This document shows, one piece after another, positions 11,231 through 24,778 of a stretch of DNA of 64,000 bases. The notes beneath the pieces are model-generated. The model saw nothing but the letters and a program-made list of their open reading frames with translations. It made no database searches and was not told the origin of the DNA. How positions within the stretch are numbered: position 1 is the first letter of the stretch; each line of letters begins with the position of its first letter. The stretch is from Amoebidium appalachense (lineage: Eukaryota > Protista > Ichthyosporea), in the NCBI GenBank assembly GCA_963693365.1, contig CAVNZM010000011.1, positions 7,863,937-7,927,936 on the forward strand. Direction: 5' to 3'. Position numbers and translations under genes: made by a program.

Positions 11231-12697
11231 CATTTCGAAATGGTAATAGGCCGGTTGATTTTGTTTGCGTTTCTTGCTTCGGAAAACAAACGCGGTATTG
11301 CCGTATGCCTCGGTTTGAACCCATCCGTCGGCCCCACCCGCACCGACCACCACCAATCTCGGCCCTTTTCCATCCTTGCGTTTTGTTCCGCGCGGTAGCT
11401 CCTTGACCGTCACCCCATTGACTTTCTTGACATTTTACCACCCACGTGATTGCCGGTGATTTTGGTTGACTGCCGTTTCGTCGAGAAATACGATTTTCCT
11501 GCCCGATTCCTTGTACTTGGCGTAGTCCAAAGTGAACGATAGCTGTTGTTGTTTGATTTGCTCGATTGTTTGGATATCCGGCAACTCGCCCGGTAAAACC
11601 CCATATTTCATTTTCAGCCGATGAAATGCCTTATTCGTCGTGCGCGCTTTGAACGGATAGCGAAACGGATCGGCGGCCCGAATCGGTGTAGCCGAAACGA
11701 TCCTTCCTGGATCGTCAGTTTCGGTACTCGGTAATCGGCTGCGATCGTGACTGTAATCGAGCGAAGATCGGCAACGATCGGGATCGGGATCGGGATCGAC
11801 GCCCCGGCCACACAAAGTCGCGCCGGTACTCATGTGGGGGTGCTCCGCTCGGGCGAGTCTCTCCATCACCTTCCGAGTATGTTCTTCCGGCGGCTCTGGT
11901 TGGTTGGTTAAATCGATAAATTCGCGACCGAGAATTTTCGAGAGCCTCTCACGCATCTGCGGTTCGCATGTGAACGGATCGATCTCTGCAGACACATGGG
12001 GTTCTGGGAACTTCTCCAAGAAACGTATTGACGCGGCGGCACTCTCCTCCGAGATCTCCGGTTGGGAATTTTCGGTTATGTCGATCGGGGTGTTGTCGTT
12101 ACTTTCCAACTGCCGTTGAACCATTCTGACTGTGATGTGATTGGCACCGCGTCGGATTACTCTATCGATCGCCTCTTCAACAAGGATCAGGTGCCATTCA
12201 GTCAATCGCCTGCGGTTTTTCCCGTTTGTACGGTTTGCGATTGGGGACCACGCCATGGTTCTCCCTGGCCTGGATGAACCACCCTCTCAACGTTGATGGG
12301 GCGACATTATGAATTTCCCCGACCGTCTTGCACGCGACCGAGAGCTCCATATTGGTTGTGTCCATAAGGTGCGCCACATCTCGGCAAAGAACATTTTCGT
12401 ATCTTGGGAATGTTGCTTCTTGCGTTTGGGCTCAGGGGGATTCTTATCGGTTTTGCGTTTCCGTTTCGTGCCTGTTGCGGCGCGCTCCCCCGCAGACATG
12501 ACCAATACAGTAGAGACGTGTGGCCCAGGTGCAGTCTTCAGGTTACGGTAGTGCAATTCGCCCTTGGCCGCCAAATTGAGCAGTCCGTCCGCGGCGATTA
12601 CCTCGTCATCGTTTGGGCTGATTGGGTATGAGTGTGGCTGTTGTGTATAAATGGGTTGGAGTGCTGGGCGAAGAGTTTTTTCCGCTTCTGTTTGCAT
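11231..12697 (-). pseudogene. IS630/Tc1-like DDE transposase, N-terminal part, with in-frame stops at 12287 and 11435
   Basis: One frame reads KRKRK..KRKK (NLS-like), then KIVFLDETAVNQNH (first D), GKGPRLVVVGAG and YYHFEMN, where the YR element interrupts it. Confidence 0.85.
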
Positions 12698-13566
12698 AAC
12701 CGTGTTGCTGCATTGGCCATTTTTGTACGTGTTTACTACTTGAGGGGGGGTACATGTGTGTGTGGTGGGATATTTTCCTTGTCATTGCATGGATCTTGAT
12801 TGAAACTACGGATGGGTACAATCGATTGCATGCGCTCGACCTGAATCATATAGCCAACAGGATTGCGCGGAAGGATTTGTTTCCTTTCGCGTGGCTGGTG
12901 GTGGTAAAATGGGTTTGGACCATTGCCGGGACCAGGTACCCATTTCTGGCCCGACTGCGAGAGATCGTGTAACTCCTTGGGTAACATGGTGGCAGAACGT
13001 GAAAACAGAGCGCGGCAGAAAGGTATAAGAGGTGAATGTGATTAACGTTACCACAAGCCCGACAATGTAGAAATGAAGACGTTGTGAATATGGAAAGGCC
13101 ATAAACGCAGAGAAATCGATATAATTTTTTTTTATAGGATTAAATTCATCCAATCAGTACACAAAAGTCGGACTAAAGTGCATCAAATGATGTTGTTGAC
13201 GATTTTTGCCAAAAATCATTGGAACTCGAAACTTTACACTGCTCCTGTTGGAATCTATTTAAACGGGCTCCAATCAGAATTAGTAAAACCACAATTCCTA
13301 TGCACCGCATTGCGGCAAAATGCTAACATGATCTCGTGATCTGGCGCAAGGCGTCGCAAAGGTTACGCAAAACTGGTTTTCTATCGTACTGTTTTGACTC
13401 GTTGTAGTCTAATTTGTGACGTCATTAGACAATATGCACGGAGGCCGCACTGCAACACAACCGTATGCATAAGAAAACCGCCGTAGACTATATTATAAAT
13501 TTTGCATATAAATTGCGCAACAGCTTGTCTTGTTCTGATTGGTGCGAGAATTCAATGCAATACTTG
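11231..13566 (-). mobile_element. 5' half of an IS630-Tc1-mariner (Sailor-like) DNA transposon
   Basis: Imperfect TIR caagtattgcattgaattctcgcaccaatcag at ~13535-13566 next to TA (13567-68); contains the transposase N-terminal half. Confidence 0.8.
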
Positions 13567-16500
13567 TAGGCACTAGGCACCCCTTTTGGAGCATATTTCT
13601 GTATGACATTTGTCATTCTTTTCATTGCTCCTGTGGAGCACACCTGTGCCTGCTTGTGAGATTGATCCACAGGCACCGGCTCATGTATCCCCCTGCTGGG
13701 GCTGGTAAAGACGACGTTGGCATAAGAAAGTCATTTCTTCATATTTCCATAGGCAAAAATGTGGGCCGCGCTAAATAATGAATGAGCTTGCGCGGCCCCA
13801 GGGAGGTCAGTTGCGGCGCTACTGAGCGCGTTAAGGTCTCTTTAGGCCCAATTGTTTAGCTAAGTTTTTGCAACTCTAGTCCCCGTTTTTCGCGCTGTTG
13901 TTCGTTTTTTCTCTAGTTGTTTTTGCCCAGGAGCGCGCGCCTAGCTCCGGCAGCATCTGGTAAGAGTTTTGCGTGCGCGCCATTGCGTTTTAGCTGGTTT
14001 CCGGACGTTTTTTGCGGTGTCGGTTTTCCCACGTTTTTTGCATTTTCCAGTCTTCGTTTTCAAGTTTTTGTGCTCTAGTCTGGTTTGTGAGCATTGCAAT
14101 GGCCCCTCCTCCTGCTCTGGTTGGCAAGGGCGCCGCTCTCCTTGAAAAGCCTTTGGAGATCTCTACCAATGCGGACGACACAAGTCTCAAAAGTCTGGCC
14201 ATTTTGCAGTCCAACGCCCTCCCCTGGAACAGCCTGTGGCAGAAACCGTCAACAGTGTGGTTTCAGCCCTCAAGGCGCGCTCGGTGGCTTTTGATGACCC
14301 TGAGATGGTTGGTTGAAAAGTAACTGACCAGCTGCACTTGCTCTGTCGCACTCCTCGCAGCGGACGTGCCTCGCCCCCACCTGGGTCGCCCTCTCCCCAG
14401 CGGCGTTCTGACGGTGTAGACGTCCAAGAGCAGCTGCAGGCGCTATCTGCCCAAGTGCGAGCCCTCTCTGTTGCCCGGTCTGGTCGCCCCAAGAAGCCCT
14501 CTGCCGGCGGCCTGCTGAGCACGCTGTCTGCGCGGGCAAAGGGTAAGGAGCCTGTCTATGCAAATGACACCGGCAGTGAAGACACCCCATCGTCGAGTGA
14601 GGATTCTTCTTCCAGCAGCAGTGGCTACGGTCGTTCCTCTCGCGGAGTCAACGCCTTCGGCAACGTCTGTCTTACCGCCTGAAGGGGGTTACCTTGGCTA
14701 ACCGTTGTCTTGGTGCCCTCAACGAGCTGGCCTACACCATGCTACTACTACGAATTTTACAGCACACTCGCAACACACAATTTCACTCCAACGGGGCTAT
14801 CTGATTCTCCTGTAAAGAAAACACGTTTACAAACTAAATATCATCGTTGCCGCTATTCCAACTATATCAACATTCTGGAGGGAGAAGCCTTGCTCCTGGG
14901 GCTTCGTCGATTAGGTTGGTCTACGGCTGCCCGGGGCTCCCGCTACCTTTGGGGCCTCGATTCGACGGCGCTGCTTGGGGCTGTTGCTAAGGGTCGTTCA
15001 GCATCCCGACGCCTTAACCGTGTATGCCGCCAGGTGGCTGCCTACACGCTTGCCCTCGACATTCGTTTGTATTGTGTGTGGCTGCCGTCAGCCAACAATC
15101 CTGCAGATGGTCCCTCGCGGTTTTCTGGCTGACCAGGCCTTAAAGCCCCCAACCCTCAAGGCCTACCGGGATGCTGTTGTTGAGTTCCTGGATTGGTTGC
15201 CCCCTGGCACCGACACCAAGTCCCCCGCCGAACTGGACGACCTCCTAGTGGAGTATTTTGAGGAGTGTTATGCCATTGATCCATTGCGTGACCAGCCTCA
15301 GCGCTGTGTCAACACAGCTGCCTGCATCGAGCATTTCATGCCACGCCTGGGTCCACACCTGCAGGCCGCCCAACGAAGCCTGCAGGGCTGAAACCGGCTT
15401 GTTCCAGCAAAAACCACGCCCCCGCTTCTGTTTTCATTAGTCCTCGTCATTGGCCATCATTTGTATTCCAAGATTGGCCCCTTGTTTGGTATTGCTGTTT
15501 TGCTTGGATTTGAGTGTTATCTTCGTGTCATTGAGCTGCTTATGCTCACCCGTGCGGATCTTGTTTTGCCCGACGACCCCGTTCCCCACGACATGCCACC
15601 CGGTACAGGCGGCATCCGCCTGGCCGACACCAAGACTGGTCTTAATCAGTTTGTCCCCATCTTCGATCCTTCCCTGTTGGCCATCCTGTCTTTCTGGTTC
15701 CGTGGCGCCCCCCCTTCTGCGCGGCTGTTTCCTTTCTCGTATGATGTTCTGCGTGCCAAGTTCCAAGCGGCATGTGACTCCCTCGGCCTCAACGATTGAT
15801 TATGGGTTCCATCTTCACAGTCTTCGCCATGGTGGTGCCTCGAGAGACTACGTCAGGGATGTTTCGGTGGAGACGATTGCTCTGCGTGGTCGGTTGAGAT
15901 CACATGCCTCCCTCCGCCGGTATGTGCAGGCCGTCCAGTCTCTTGTTCTTTCTATTCGGGTGCCTGCGTCGCTCCTTGCCCGGGCTGCAGCGCTGCGTCA
16001 GTCACCCACGGCATGGTTCGTTCCTTCCCGTGCCAGATAGGGAGTGGTGGAGCACACCTGTGCCTGCTTGTGAGATTGATCCACAGGCACCGGCTCATAT
16101 ATCCCCTTGCTGGGGCTGGTAAAGACGACGTTGGCATAAGAATATTTAGTTTGTAAACGTGTTTTCTTTGCAGGAGAATTAGATAGCCCCTTTGGAGTTA
16201 AATTGTGTGTTGCGAGTGTGCTGTAAAATTTGTAGTAGTAGCATGTTGTAGGCCTTGGTGTGTTTGATGTGTGTGCAAAGTTTCAGGCTGCTAGCATTTT
16301 CATTTAACAAGGCGCGCTCGGTGGCTTTTGATGACCCTGAGATGGTCGGTTGGAAAGTCACCGACCAGCTGCACTTGCTCTGTCGCACTCCTCGCAGCGG
16401 CCGTGCCTCCCCCCCCACCTGGGTTGCCCGCTCCCCAGCGGCGTTCTGACGGTGTAGACGTCCAAGAGCAGCTGCAGGCGCTTTCTGCCCAAGTGCAAGC

Positions 16501-17318
16501 CCTCTCTGTTGCCCAGTCTGGTCGCCCCAAGAAGCCCTCTGCCGGCGGCCTGCTGAGCACGCTGTCTGTGCGGACAAAGGGCAAGGAGCCTGTCAATGCG
16601 TACGACACGGGCAGTGAAGACACCCCATCGTCGAGTGAGGATTCTTCTCCCAGCAGCAGTGGCTACGGTCGTTCCTCTTGCACCCGTCGTTCCTCTGGCC
16701 GTTCCAAACCTAACCCCAGCCGTTATCTGCTCTCCAGCGGCGCCAAAGTCAACCTGCGCGTCAAAGAACGTCTGGCCCCTTCCTACCTCAAGAGTACCTT
16801 GGCTGACCAGGCCTCGGTTACTGCGGCTGTCCACGCGGCGGATTGGGTCAGCTACCGCAACAAACGGGAGGCTCTGACGCTTGCCCGTATGCTGGATCTG
16901 CTGCTGGCCGCCGACCCTAAGGCCTGCATTGCGAGTGTGCTGTAAAATTCGTAGTAATCGCAAGTTGTAGGCCTTGGTGTGTTTGATGTGTGTGCAAAGT
17001 TTCAGGCTGCTAGCATTTTTATTTAGGGAGCTGTAGCTGTTTTTATGTTCTGTGGGATATGCCATATGGATATTTTGATGAGTTTGAGTTATATCTAGTC
17101 CGAAATGGGCGGCAATCGATTTGGTCTTTATGATCTAGGGGTTTTAGCCACTTGTGAAAATGTTTCATTGGTTGTTGTGCAGCAAAAATTCTCTTTTGGT
17201 AGATTTCATGGATTTGATAGGTTCTAAGTCATTTTTAGCCACTTGTGAAAAATTTTCATTGGTTGATGTGCAGCAAAAATTCCATTTTGGTAGATTTCAT
17301 GGATTTGATAGGTTCTAA
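13567..17318 (+). mobile_element. Scrambled mosaic of YR-element fragments
   Basis: Spacer-B2 (13567-13728), A 3' part and gag (13729-14643), short RT piece, inverted A 5' end (~14731-14841), RNase H/YR with stops (14842-16040), B1-A (to ~16307), gag (16308-16925), A pieces (~16929-17318). Confidence 0.85.
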
Positions 17319-17454
17319 TCCCTTGACAGAAGAGTAACAAGGTGTGTGTGTATGTGTATGAGGCCCAAAAAAAAAAAAAAGGACGCCCAACATGACAATA
17401 TAAGGGGGGCACTCTTACACCAAACCATACCATACCAAATGCCGGCAGAGTAAT

Positions 17455-17698
17455 TAACAGGACAAAGAGCCGGTACCCACCTATGGGTGCTAAACATGCA
17501 CATGATCATTCATGTGCTATAAGAGCAACACAGAAACGAAACACGGAAGCAACAGCAGCCATAGGACAAAGAGCCCCAGACCCACAGGGTCTTGCCTCCA
17601 TACTTTATTTACCTTAACAGGACAAAGAGCCGGTACCCACCTATGAAACGAAAAACGGAAACAACAGCAGCCATAGGACAAAGAGCCGGTACCCACCT
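17455..17698. repeat. Interspersed ~24-bp repeat aggacaaagagccggtacccacct (4 copies, one degenerate); also at ~31297-31540
   Basis: Read directly from the sequence. Confidence 0.8.
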
Positions 17699-18055
17699 CT
17701 AGATGATAACGTAGCCTTATAGCTGCTGATGACTTCATGGGCCAACCTTGCCAAAACCTGTAAAGGAACTCGAGCTAAGAATTAGCTCATCCTACTTGCG
17801 AGAAGTGGGGGGAGGGGGGGGGGGGGGGGGGGGGGACTGAGGGGGCTGACTGAGAGTGGCAAAAAAAGAGTCGACAGAACCAACCTCAAACATAGTAAGG
17901 ACGGAAACCCGGACCAGAACTTATGAAGTCTAGAGAAGCAGAAAATAGCTTGAACGATCGGTGGAGGGGATGATAGCTATAGTGCTAACAGCAAAAGTAG
18001 TGCCCACAGTCGCTGGTTCATGAACGTGAAAGGCAACGTGCATCTGCAGCCAGCA

Positions 18056-18694
18056 GACACACGCACACGCACGCACGCACGCACACACACATACACACAC
18101 ACACACACAGACACAGACACAGACCAGACAGACAAACGCCATATGCACAAAAGCAGGCAACACAAAACTAACCTTCAAGAAGAAGCTGCAGCATGCAGCA
18201 TGGTCCAAAACAATCAGCACGGTGGCTGCGCGATCTGCGGAGGGGATCTGTGACCAGGCGCTGCGGGAAGGGAACTGCGACCAGGCGACCTGCGGGAAGG
18301 GACCTGCGACCAGGCGACCTGCGGGAAAGGACCTGCGGACCTGCGGGAAGGGGGAAGAGAAATGGAGAAAACAACGTGCGTACAGGCTTAAATGGAGAAA
18401 AAATTGCAAACCGGATTGGGATTTAGCCAATCACTATTCGCCGCGCCTGATTAGGAAAAAGATAAAAATAGATTTCGGCTCGCGCGCGCGCGTGCATCAG
18501 CTTGGTGCCCTTAGCGCTACCCTTAGTGCCCTTAGTCACAACTATCAGACTAGAGTTACGTGTCCTCCACTTCTTTGTTCTTGACCATTTTTTCGGCATG
18601 AAAGGGTTTCTGTTACTTTTTGCTGTCCTTCTTAGCGTGCTTGCTTGTCTTTTTTTCAACATGGGTGTCACTGGCGCTTTCGACTTCTTTGAAA

Positions 18695-18744
<50 letters not shown>

Positions 18745-18944
18745 GCACACACACTCACACATGCACACTGCACACACACACACACACACACACACAGGCG
18801 CACACACACAGGCACGCACACACACACAGGCGCACACCTACACAACACAAACAGCACATGCACACACAAGCGCACACACGCACACACCCTGTTAATCCCT
18901 GATCATGATGCCCCCTCCCCCCCCTCCCTCTTCCCCCCCCGCGC

Positions 18945-18976
<32 letters not shown>

Positions 18977-19280
18977 ACCCACCCCACCCACCCACCTACA
19001 AAGACGAAAACATTGTACATGTATTGCATACACAAATATACTCGCACATATACATACACACATTCACTTTAATCTTTTAGGCTACATGTGCAAAATACAT
19101 TAATTATGCACAGTCGATAGAATTCGTTGTGAACCCCCCCCCCCCCCCCCCTCCCCCCTCCTCGTTCCCCCCATATGCAATGGGGATAATATTGTTTCCC
19201 GCTATTAATTAAAAAATCACTGTTCTAACTTCCTTTATAAGACTGAACCACTTGTAACACCGACAGTTTCGGTTGTGTGG

Positions 19281-19313
<33 letters not shown>
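18056..19313. repeat. Low-complexity block: (CA)n/(CG)n microsatellites, poly-C tracts and a ~29-bp GC-rich minisatellite (ggcgacctgcgggaagggacctgcgacca, ~18253-18350)
   Basis: Read directly; paralog at ~31901-33140. Confidence 0.85.
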
Positions 19314-19316
<3 letters not shown>

Positions 19317-19429
19317 CCCACCCACCACCTTACCAATATTGAGGTGTACACTGCCCCCACATCCGCAACTGTGTGCTGAATATCCCGTGCTAGGAAACCA
19401 ATAACGTGAAAGTAACACATGCCGCATGT

Positions 19430-22400
19430 GGGTAGTTATTGAAAAAACCAATAATGTCTAGGTAACATACTATGTACATATACTATGCTACAAAGGGGGT
19501 TCTATACGAGCTACAACGTTGTGTTTTTTTCGTGTGACCCTCGTACTCCAGGGGCACATTCACCATCCCCCCCATAAACTTTGTGGTAAAGTTCTCGTGC
19601 TAGAAGCTGTTCTGTGGGTAGTTATTGAAACAACCAATAATGTCTAGGTAACACATGGACATATACTATGCTACAAGGGGGGTCTATTCGAGCTACAACA
19701 TTGTGTTTTTTTCGTGTGACCCTAGTACTCCAGGGGCACATTTTCCATCCCCCCCATAAACTTTGTGGTAAATTTCCCGTGCTAGAAGCTGTTCTGTGGG
19801 TAGTTATTGAAAAAACCAATAATGTCTAGGTAACATACTATGTACATATACTATGCTACAAGGGGGGTTTTTTACGAGCTACAACGTTGTGTTTTTTTCG
19901 TGTGACCCTCGTACTCCAGGGGCACATTCACCATCCCCCCCATAAACTTTGTGGTAAAGCTCTCGTGCTAGAGGCTGTTCTGTGGGTAGTTATTGAAAAA
20001 ACGAATAATGTCTAGGTAACACATGTACATATACTATGCGACAAGGGGGGTTCTATTCGAGCTACAATGTTGTGTTTTTTTCGTGTGACCCTCGTACTCC
20101 AGGGGCACATTCACCATCCACCCCATAAACTTTGTGGTAAATCTCTCGTGCTAGAGGCTGTTCTGTGGGTAGTTATTGAAAAACCAATAATGTCTAGGTA
20201 ACATATGTACATATACTATGCTACAAGGGGGGTTCTATACGAGCTACAACGTTGTGTTTTTTTCGTGTGACCCTCGTACTCCAGGGGCACATTCACCATC
20301 CCCCATATAAACGTTGTGGTAAAGCTCTCGTGCTAGAAGCTGTTCTGTGGGTAGTTATTGAAAAAACCAATAATGTCTAGGTAACACATGTACATATGCT
20401 ATGCTACAAGGGGGGTTTTATACGAGCTACAACGTTGTGTTTTTTTCGTGTGACCCTTGTACTCCAGGGGCACATTCACCATCCCCCCCATACACTTTGT
20501 GGTAAATGTCTCGTGCTAGAAGCTGTTCTGTGGGTAGTTATTGAAACAACCAATAATGTCTAGGTAACACATGGACATATACTATGCTACAAGGGGGGTC
20601 TATTCGAGCTACAACGTTGTGTTTTTTTCGTGTGACCCTCGTACTCCAGGGGCACATTCTCCATCCCCCCCATAAACTTTGTGGTAAATATCTCGTGCTA
20701 GAAGCTGTTCTGTGGGTAGTTATTGAAAAAACCAATAATGTCTAGGTAACATACTATGTACATATACTATGCTACAAGGGGGGTTCTATACGAGCTACAA
20801 CGTTGTGTTTTTTTCGTGTGACCCTCGTACTCCAGGGGCACATTCACCATCCCCCCCATAAACTTTGTGGTAAAGCTCTCGTGCTAGAAGCTGTTCTGTG
20901 GGTAGTTATTGAAAAAACGAATAATGTCTAGGTAACACATGTACTTATACTATGCTACAAGGGGGGTTCTATTCGAGCTACAATGTTGTTTTTTTTTTCG
21001 TGTGACCCTCGTACTCCAGGGGCACATTCACCATCCACCCCATAAACTTTGTGGTAAATCTCTCGTGCTAGAGGCTGTTCTGTGGGTAGTTATTGAAAAA
21101 CCAATAATGTCTAGGTAACATATGTACATATACTATGCTACAAGGGGGGTTCTATACGAGCTACAACGTTGTGTTTTTTTCGTGTGACCCTCGTACTCCA
21201 GGGGCACATTTACCATCCCCCATATAAACGTTGTGGTAAAGCTCTCGTGCTAGAAGCTGTTCTGTGGGTAGTTATTGAAAAAACCAATAATGTCTAGGTA
21301 ACACATGTACATATGCTATGCTACAAGGGGGGTTTTATACGAGCTACAACGTTGTGTTTTTTTCGTGTGACCCTTGTACTCCAGGGGCACATTCACCATC
21401 CCCCCCATACACTTTGTGGTAAATGTCTCGTGCTAGAAGCTGTTTTGTGGGTAGTTATTGAAACAACCAATAATGTCTAGGTAACACATGAACATATACT
21501 ATGCTACAAGGGGGGTCTATTCGAGCTACAACGTTGTGTTTTTTTCGTGTGACCCTCGTACTCCAGGGGCACATTCTCCATCCCCCCCATAAACTTTGTG
21601 GTAAATTTCTCGTGCTAGAAGCTGTTCTGTGGGTAGTTATTGAAAAAACCAATAATGTCTAGGTAACATACTATGTACATATACTATGCTACAAGGGGGG
21701 TTCTATACGAGCTACAACGTTGTGTTTTTTTCGTGTGACCCTCGTACTCCAGGGGCACATTCACCATCCCCCCCATAAACTTTGTGGTAAAGCTCTCGTG
21801 CTAGAAGCTGTTCTGTGGGTAGTTATTGAAAAAACGAATAATGTCTAGGTAACACATGTACTTATACTATGCTACAAGGGGGGTTCTATTCGAGCTACAA
21901 TGTTGTTTTTTTTTCGTGTGACCCTCGTACTCCAGGGGCACATTCACCATCCACCCCATAAACTTTGTGGTAAATCTCTCGTGCTAGAGGCTGTTCTGTG
22001 GGTAGTTATTGAAAAACCAATAATGTCTAGGTAACATATGTACATATACTATGCTACAAGGGGGGTTCTATACGAGCTACAACGTTGTGTTTTTTTCGTG
22101 TGACCCTCGTACTCCAGGGGCACATTTACCATCCCCCATATAAACGTTGTGGTAAAGCTCTCGTGCTAGAAGCTGTTCTGTGGGTAGTTATTGAAAAAAC
22201 CAATAATGTCTAGGTAACACATGTACATATGCTATGCTACAAGGGGGGTTCTATACGAGCTACAACGTTGTGTTTTTTTCGTGTGACCCTTGTACTCCAG
22301 GGGCACATTCACCATCCCCCCCATACACTTTGTGGTAAATGTCTCGTGCTAGAAGCTGTTCTGTGGGTAGTTATTGAAACAACCAATAATGTCTAGGTAA

Positions 22401-23495
22401 CACATGGACATATACTATGCTACAAGGGGGGTCTATTCGAGCTACAACATTGTGTTTTTTTCGTGTGACCCTCGTACTCCAGGGGCACATTCTCCATCCC
22501 ACCCATAAACTTTGTGGTAAGTTTCTCGTGCTAGAAGCTGTTCTGTGGGTAGTTATTGAAAAAACAAATAATGTCTAGGTAACATACTATGTACATATAC
22601 TATGCTACAAAGGGGGTTCTATACGAGCTACAACGTTGTGTTTTTTTCGTGTGACCCTCGTACTCCAGGGGCACATTCACCATCCCCCCCACAAACGTTG
22701 TGGTAAATCTCTCGTGCTAGAGGCTGTTCTGTGGGTAGTTATTGAAAAACCAATAATGTCTAGGTAACATATGTACATATACTATGCTACAAGGGGGGTT
22801 CTATACGAGCTACAACGTTGTGTTTTTTTCGTGTGACCCTCGTACTCCAGGGGCACATTCACCATCCCCCCCACAAACGTTCTGGTAAATTTCTCGTGCT
22901 AGAGGCTGTTCTGTGGGTAGTTATTGAAAAAACCAAAAATGTGTAAGAAACATATGTACATGTACTATGCTACAAGGGGGGTTCTATACGAGCTACAACG
23001 TTGTGTTTTTTTCGTGTGACCCTCGTACTGCAGGGGCACATTCACCATCCCCGGCATAAACGTTTTGGTAAATAAAACGCAGTAGGCCGTCGAATGTGGC
23101 GGGGCCTCCGGCAGTGTCCACGCAATAAAAAGTGTGTAAACCCCTAACACAATGTACATAATACTATGCTACACGGGGGGTTCTATTCGAGCTACAAGGT
23201 TGTGTTTTTTTCGTGTGACCCTCGTACTCCAGGGGCACATTTACCATCCCCCCCATAAACTTTGTGGTAAAATTCTCGTGCTAGAGGCTGTTCTGTGGGT
23301 AGTTATTGAAAAACCAATAATGTCTAGGTAACATATGTAGTATACTATGCTACAAGGTGGGTTCTATACGAGCTACAACGTTGTGTTTTTTTCGTGTGAC
23401 CCTCCTACTCCAGGGGCACATTCACCATCCCCCCTTATAATTTGTGGTGAATTTCTCGTGGTAGAAGCTACTCTGTGGGTAGTTATTGAAAAAAC
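19430..23495. repeat. Tandem satellite, 182-186 bp monomer, about 22 units, with 5-mer (~916 bp) higher-order repeat
   Basis: Anchor gggtagttattgaaa recurs at 19430, 19616, 19798, 19984, 20167, 20349, 20532, 20714 ... 23477; diagnostic variants recur every fifth unit. Confidence 0.95.
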
Positions 23496-23874
23496 CCGAT
23501 GCTTATAAGTAACGCATGCACAAATTGTCATCATAGCATTATACTACCACAGTAGTTGGTCGACAATCGAGTGATACAGCATGGTGACAGGATACGAATT
23601 CACCGAGGACTCACTCAACGAGATGAACGAGCTATAATACATAGGGAAAGGGGGGGGGATTCAACGGTTAATAACGTGCAGGGGATTGTTGGGAGCACAA
23701 CCAAACTTTGCATTAGGCAGTTTCTCTGTGTGGGGGGTCTAACAAAACCGGTCGGAATGGGGGGATATCACCACTTTCATTCCGCGGCCACCTGATGAGC
23801 CTCATCCGCTTTCCATGAGGCGTGCAAAAACAAATTCACATGTCAGTTGCGCCCGTTAGATAATCTCCTTGTGA

Positions 23875-24070
23875 TCATTATGATGACCGTATGGATTTTG
23901 GTATGTGATCACTATAATGATCGTATGAGGCATAGAATGAGATCATTATGATGATCGTATGGGGGTATAACTAGCGATCCTTATGGTGGTCGTATGGGGC
24001 ATATAATGAGATCATTATAATGATCGTATGGGGGTATAATTAGCGATCCTTATGGTGGTCGTATGGGGCT
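23875..24070. repeat. ~35-bp minisatellite (gatcattatgatgatcgtatgggg...), about 6 degenerate units; paralog ~36596-36792
   Basis: Read directly from the sequence. Confidence 0.8.
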
Positions 24071-24121
24071 TCTATGAAAAACTACTCCGGGGGTCATTCA
24101 TTCCCAGGACACCCCTACCCC

Positions 24122-24124
<3 letters not shown>

Positions 24125-24195
<71 letters not shown>

Positions 24196-24229
24196 AAACT
24201 ATTGTACTTATACATTATAAAAACCCCAA

Positions 24230-24262
<33 letters not shown>

Positions 24263-24315
24263 TATATGATATATATATATATACACATAAAACTATTGTA
24301 CTTATACATTATAAA
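24125..24315. repeat. (TA)n microsatellites with duplicated acataaaactattgtacttatacattataaaaac; paralog ~36848-37032
   Basis: Read directly from the sequence. Confidence 0.9.
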
Positions 24316-24778
24316 AACAGTATTTATTATTGCAGAATTCGCCGTTTCTTATTAGTTTACAGACGTCGGAAACCTCATATTAAGATGCTTAGAATCGCCT
24401 TCACAGTATGCTTTGTTTTCGACGTCGACGATACCCATCATGTTAGCCTACACAGTATACATACGTAGAACAGGCTTACGACGTCCATATCACATCTATA
24501 GCATTGGAATAGGTGCTACATTTGTTTAATGGACGGTGTAAACGCATGCACAGCATGTCCATAGGATGACGTTGGCATATACACATGAGGGTCGAGAAAT
24601 CAGTGGACCTCTTTATTACCCTGTAACATGCTTGTCGACGTCGACGATGGGTTTTCAGCTTTTCCATCCATTAAAATGTCGAGGGTACCAAACGCAGCCA
24701 CTCAGGTATCGTAAACTACTCCGAACCCGTCGTCGACGTCGTAGAGGGGTTTCCGATGGGGGAGGAAGATTGCTGATG

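Noticed and set aside
18505-18535. cccttag x3 as interstitial telomere repeat
   Set aside because: Too few units and irregular spacing.
17930-19451. His/Thr- and Cys/Val-rich ORFs (also 31775-33276)
   Set aside because: Translations of (CA)n and poly-C tracts.
19622-21652. Repeated 65-aa ORFs MVFSITTHR...
   Set aside because: Chance frames in the satellite; useful only as markers of the 916-bp period.
23793-23830. Hammerhead-like ctgatga followed by a 7-bp stem gcctcat/atgaggc (also ~36516)
   Set aside because: The stem is followed by gtgc rather than gaaa, and I could not find stems I and III.
24052-24468. IYIYIY-rich ORF (also 36775-37182)
   Set aside because: Translation of a (TA)n microsatellite.
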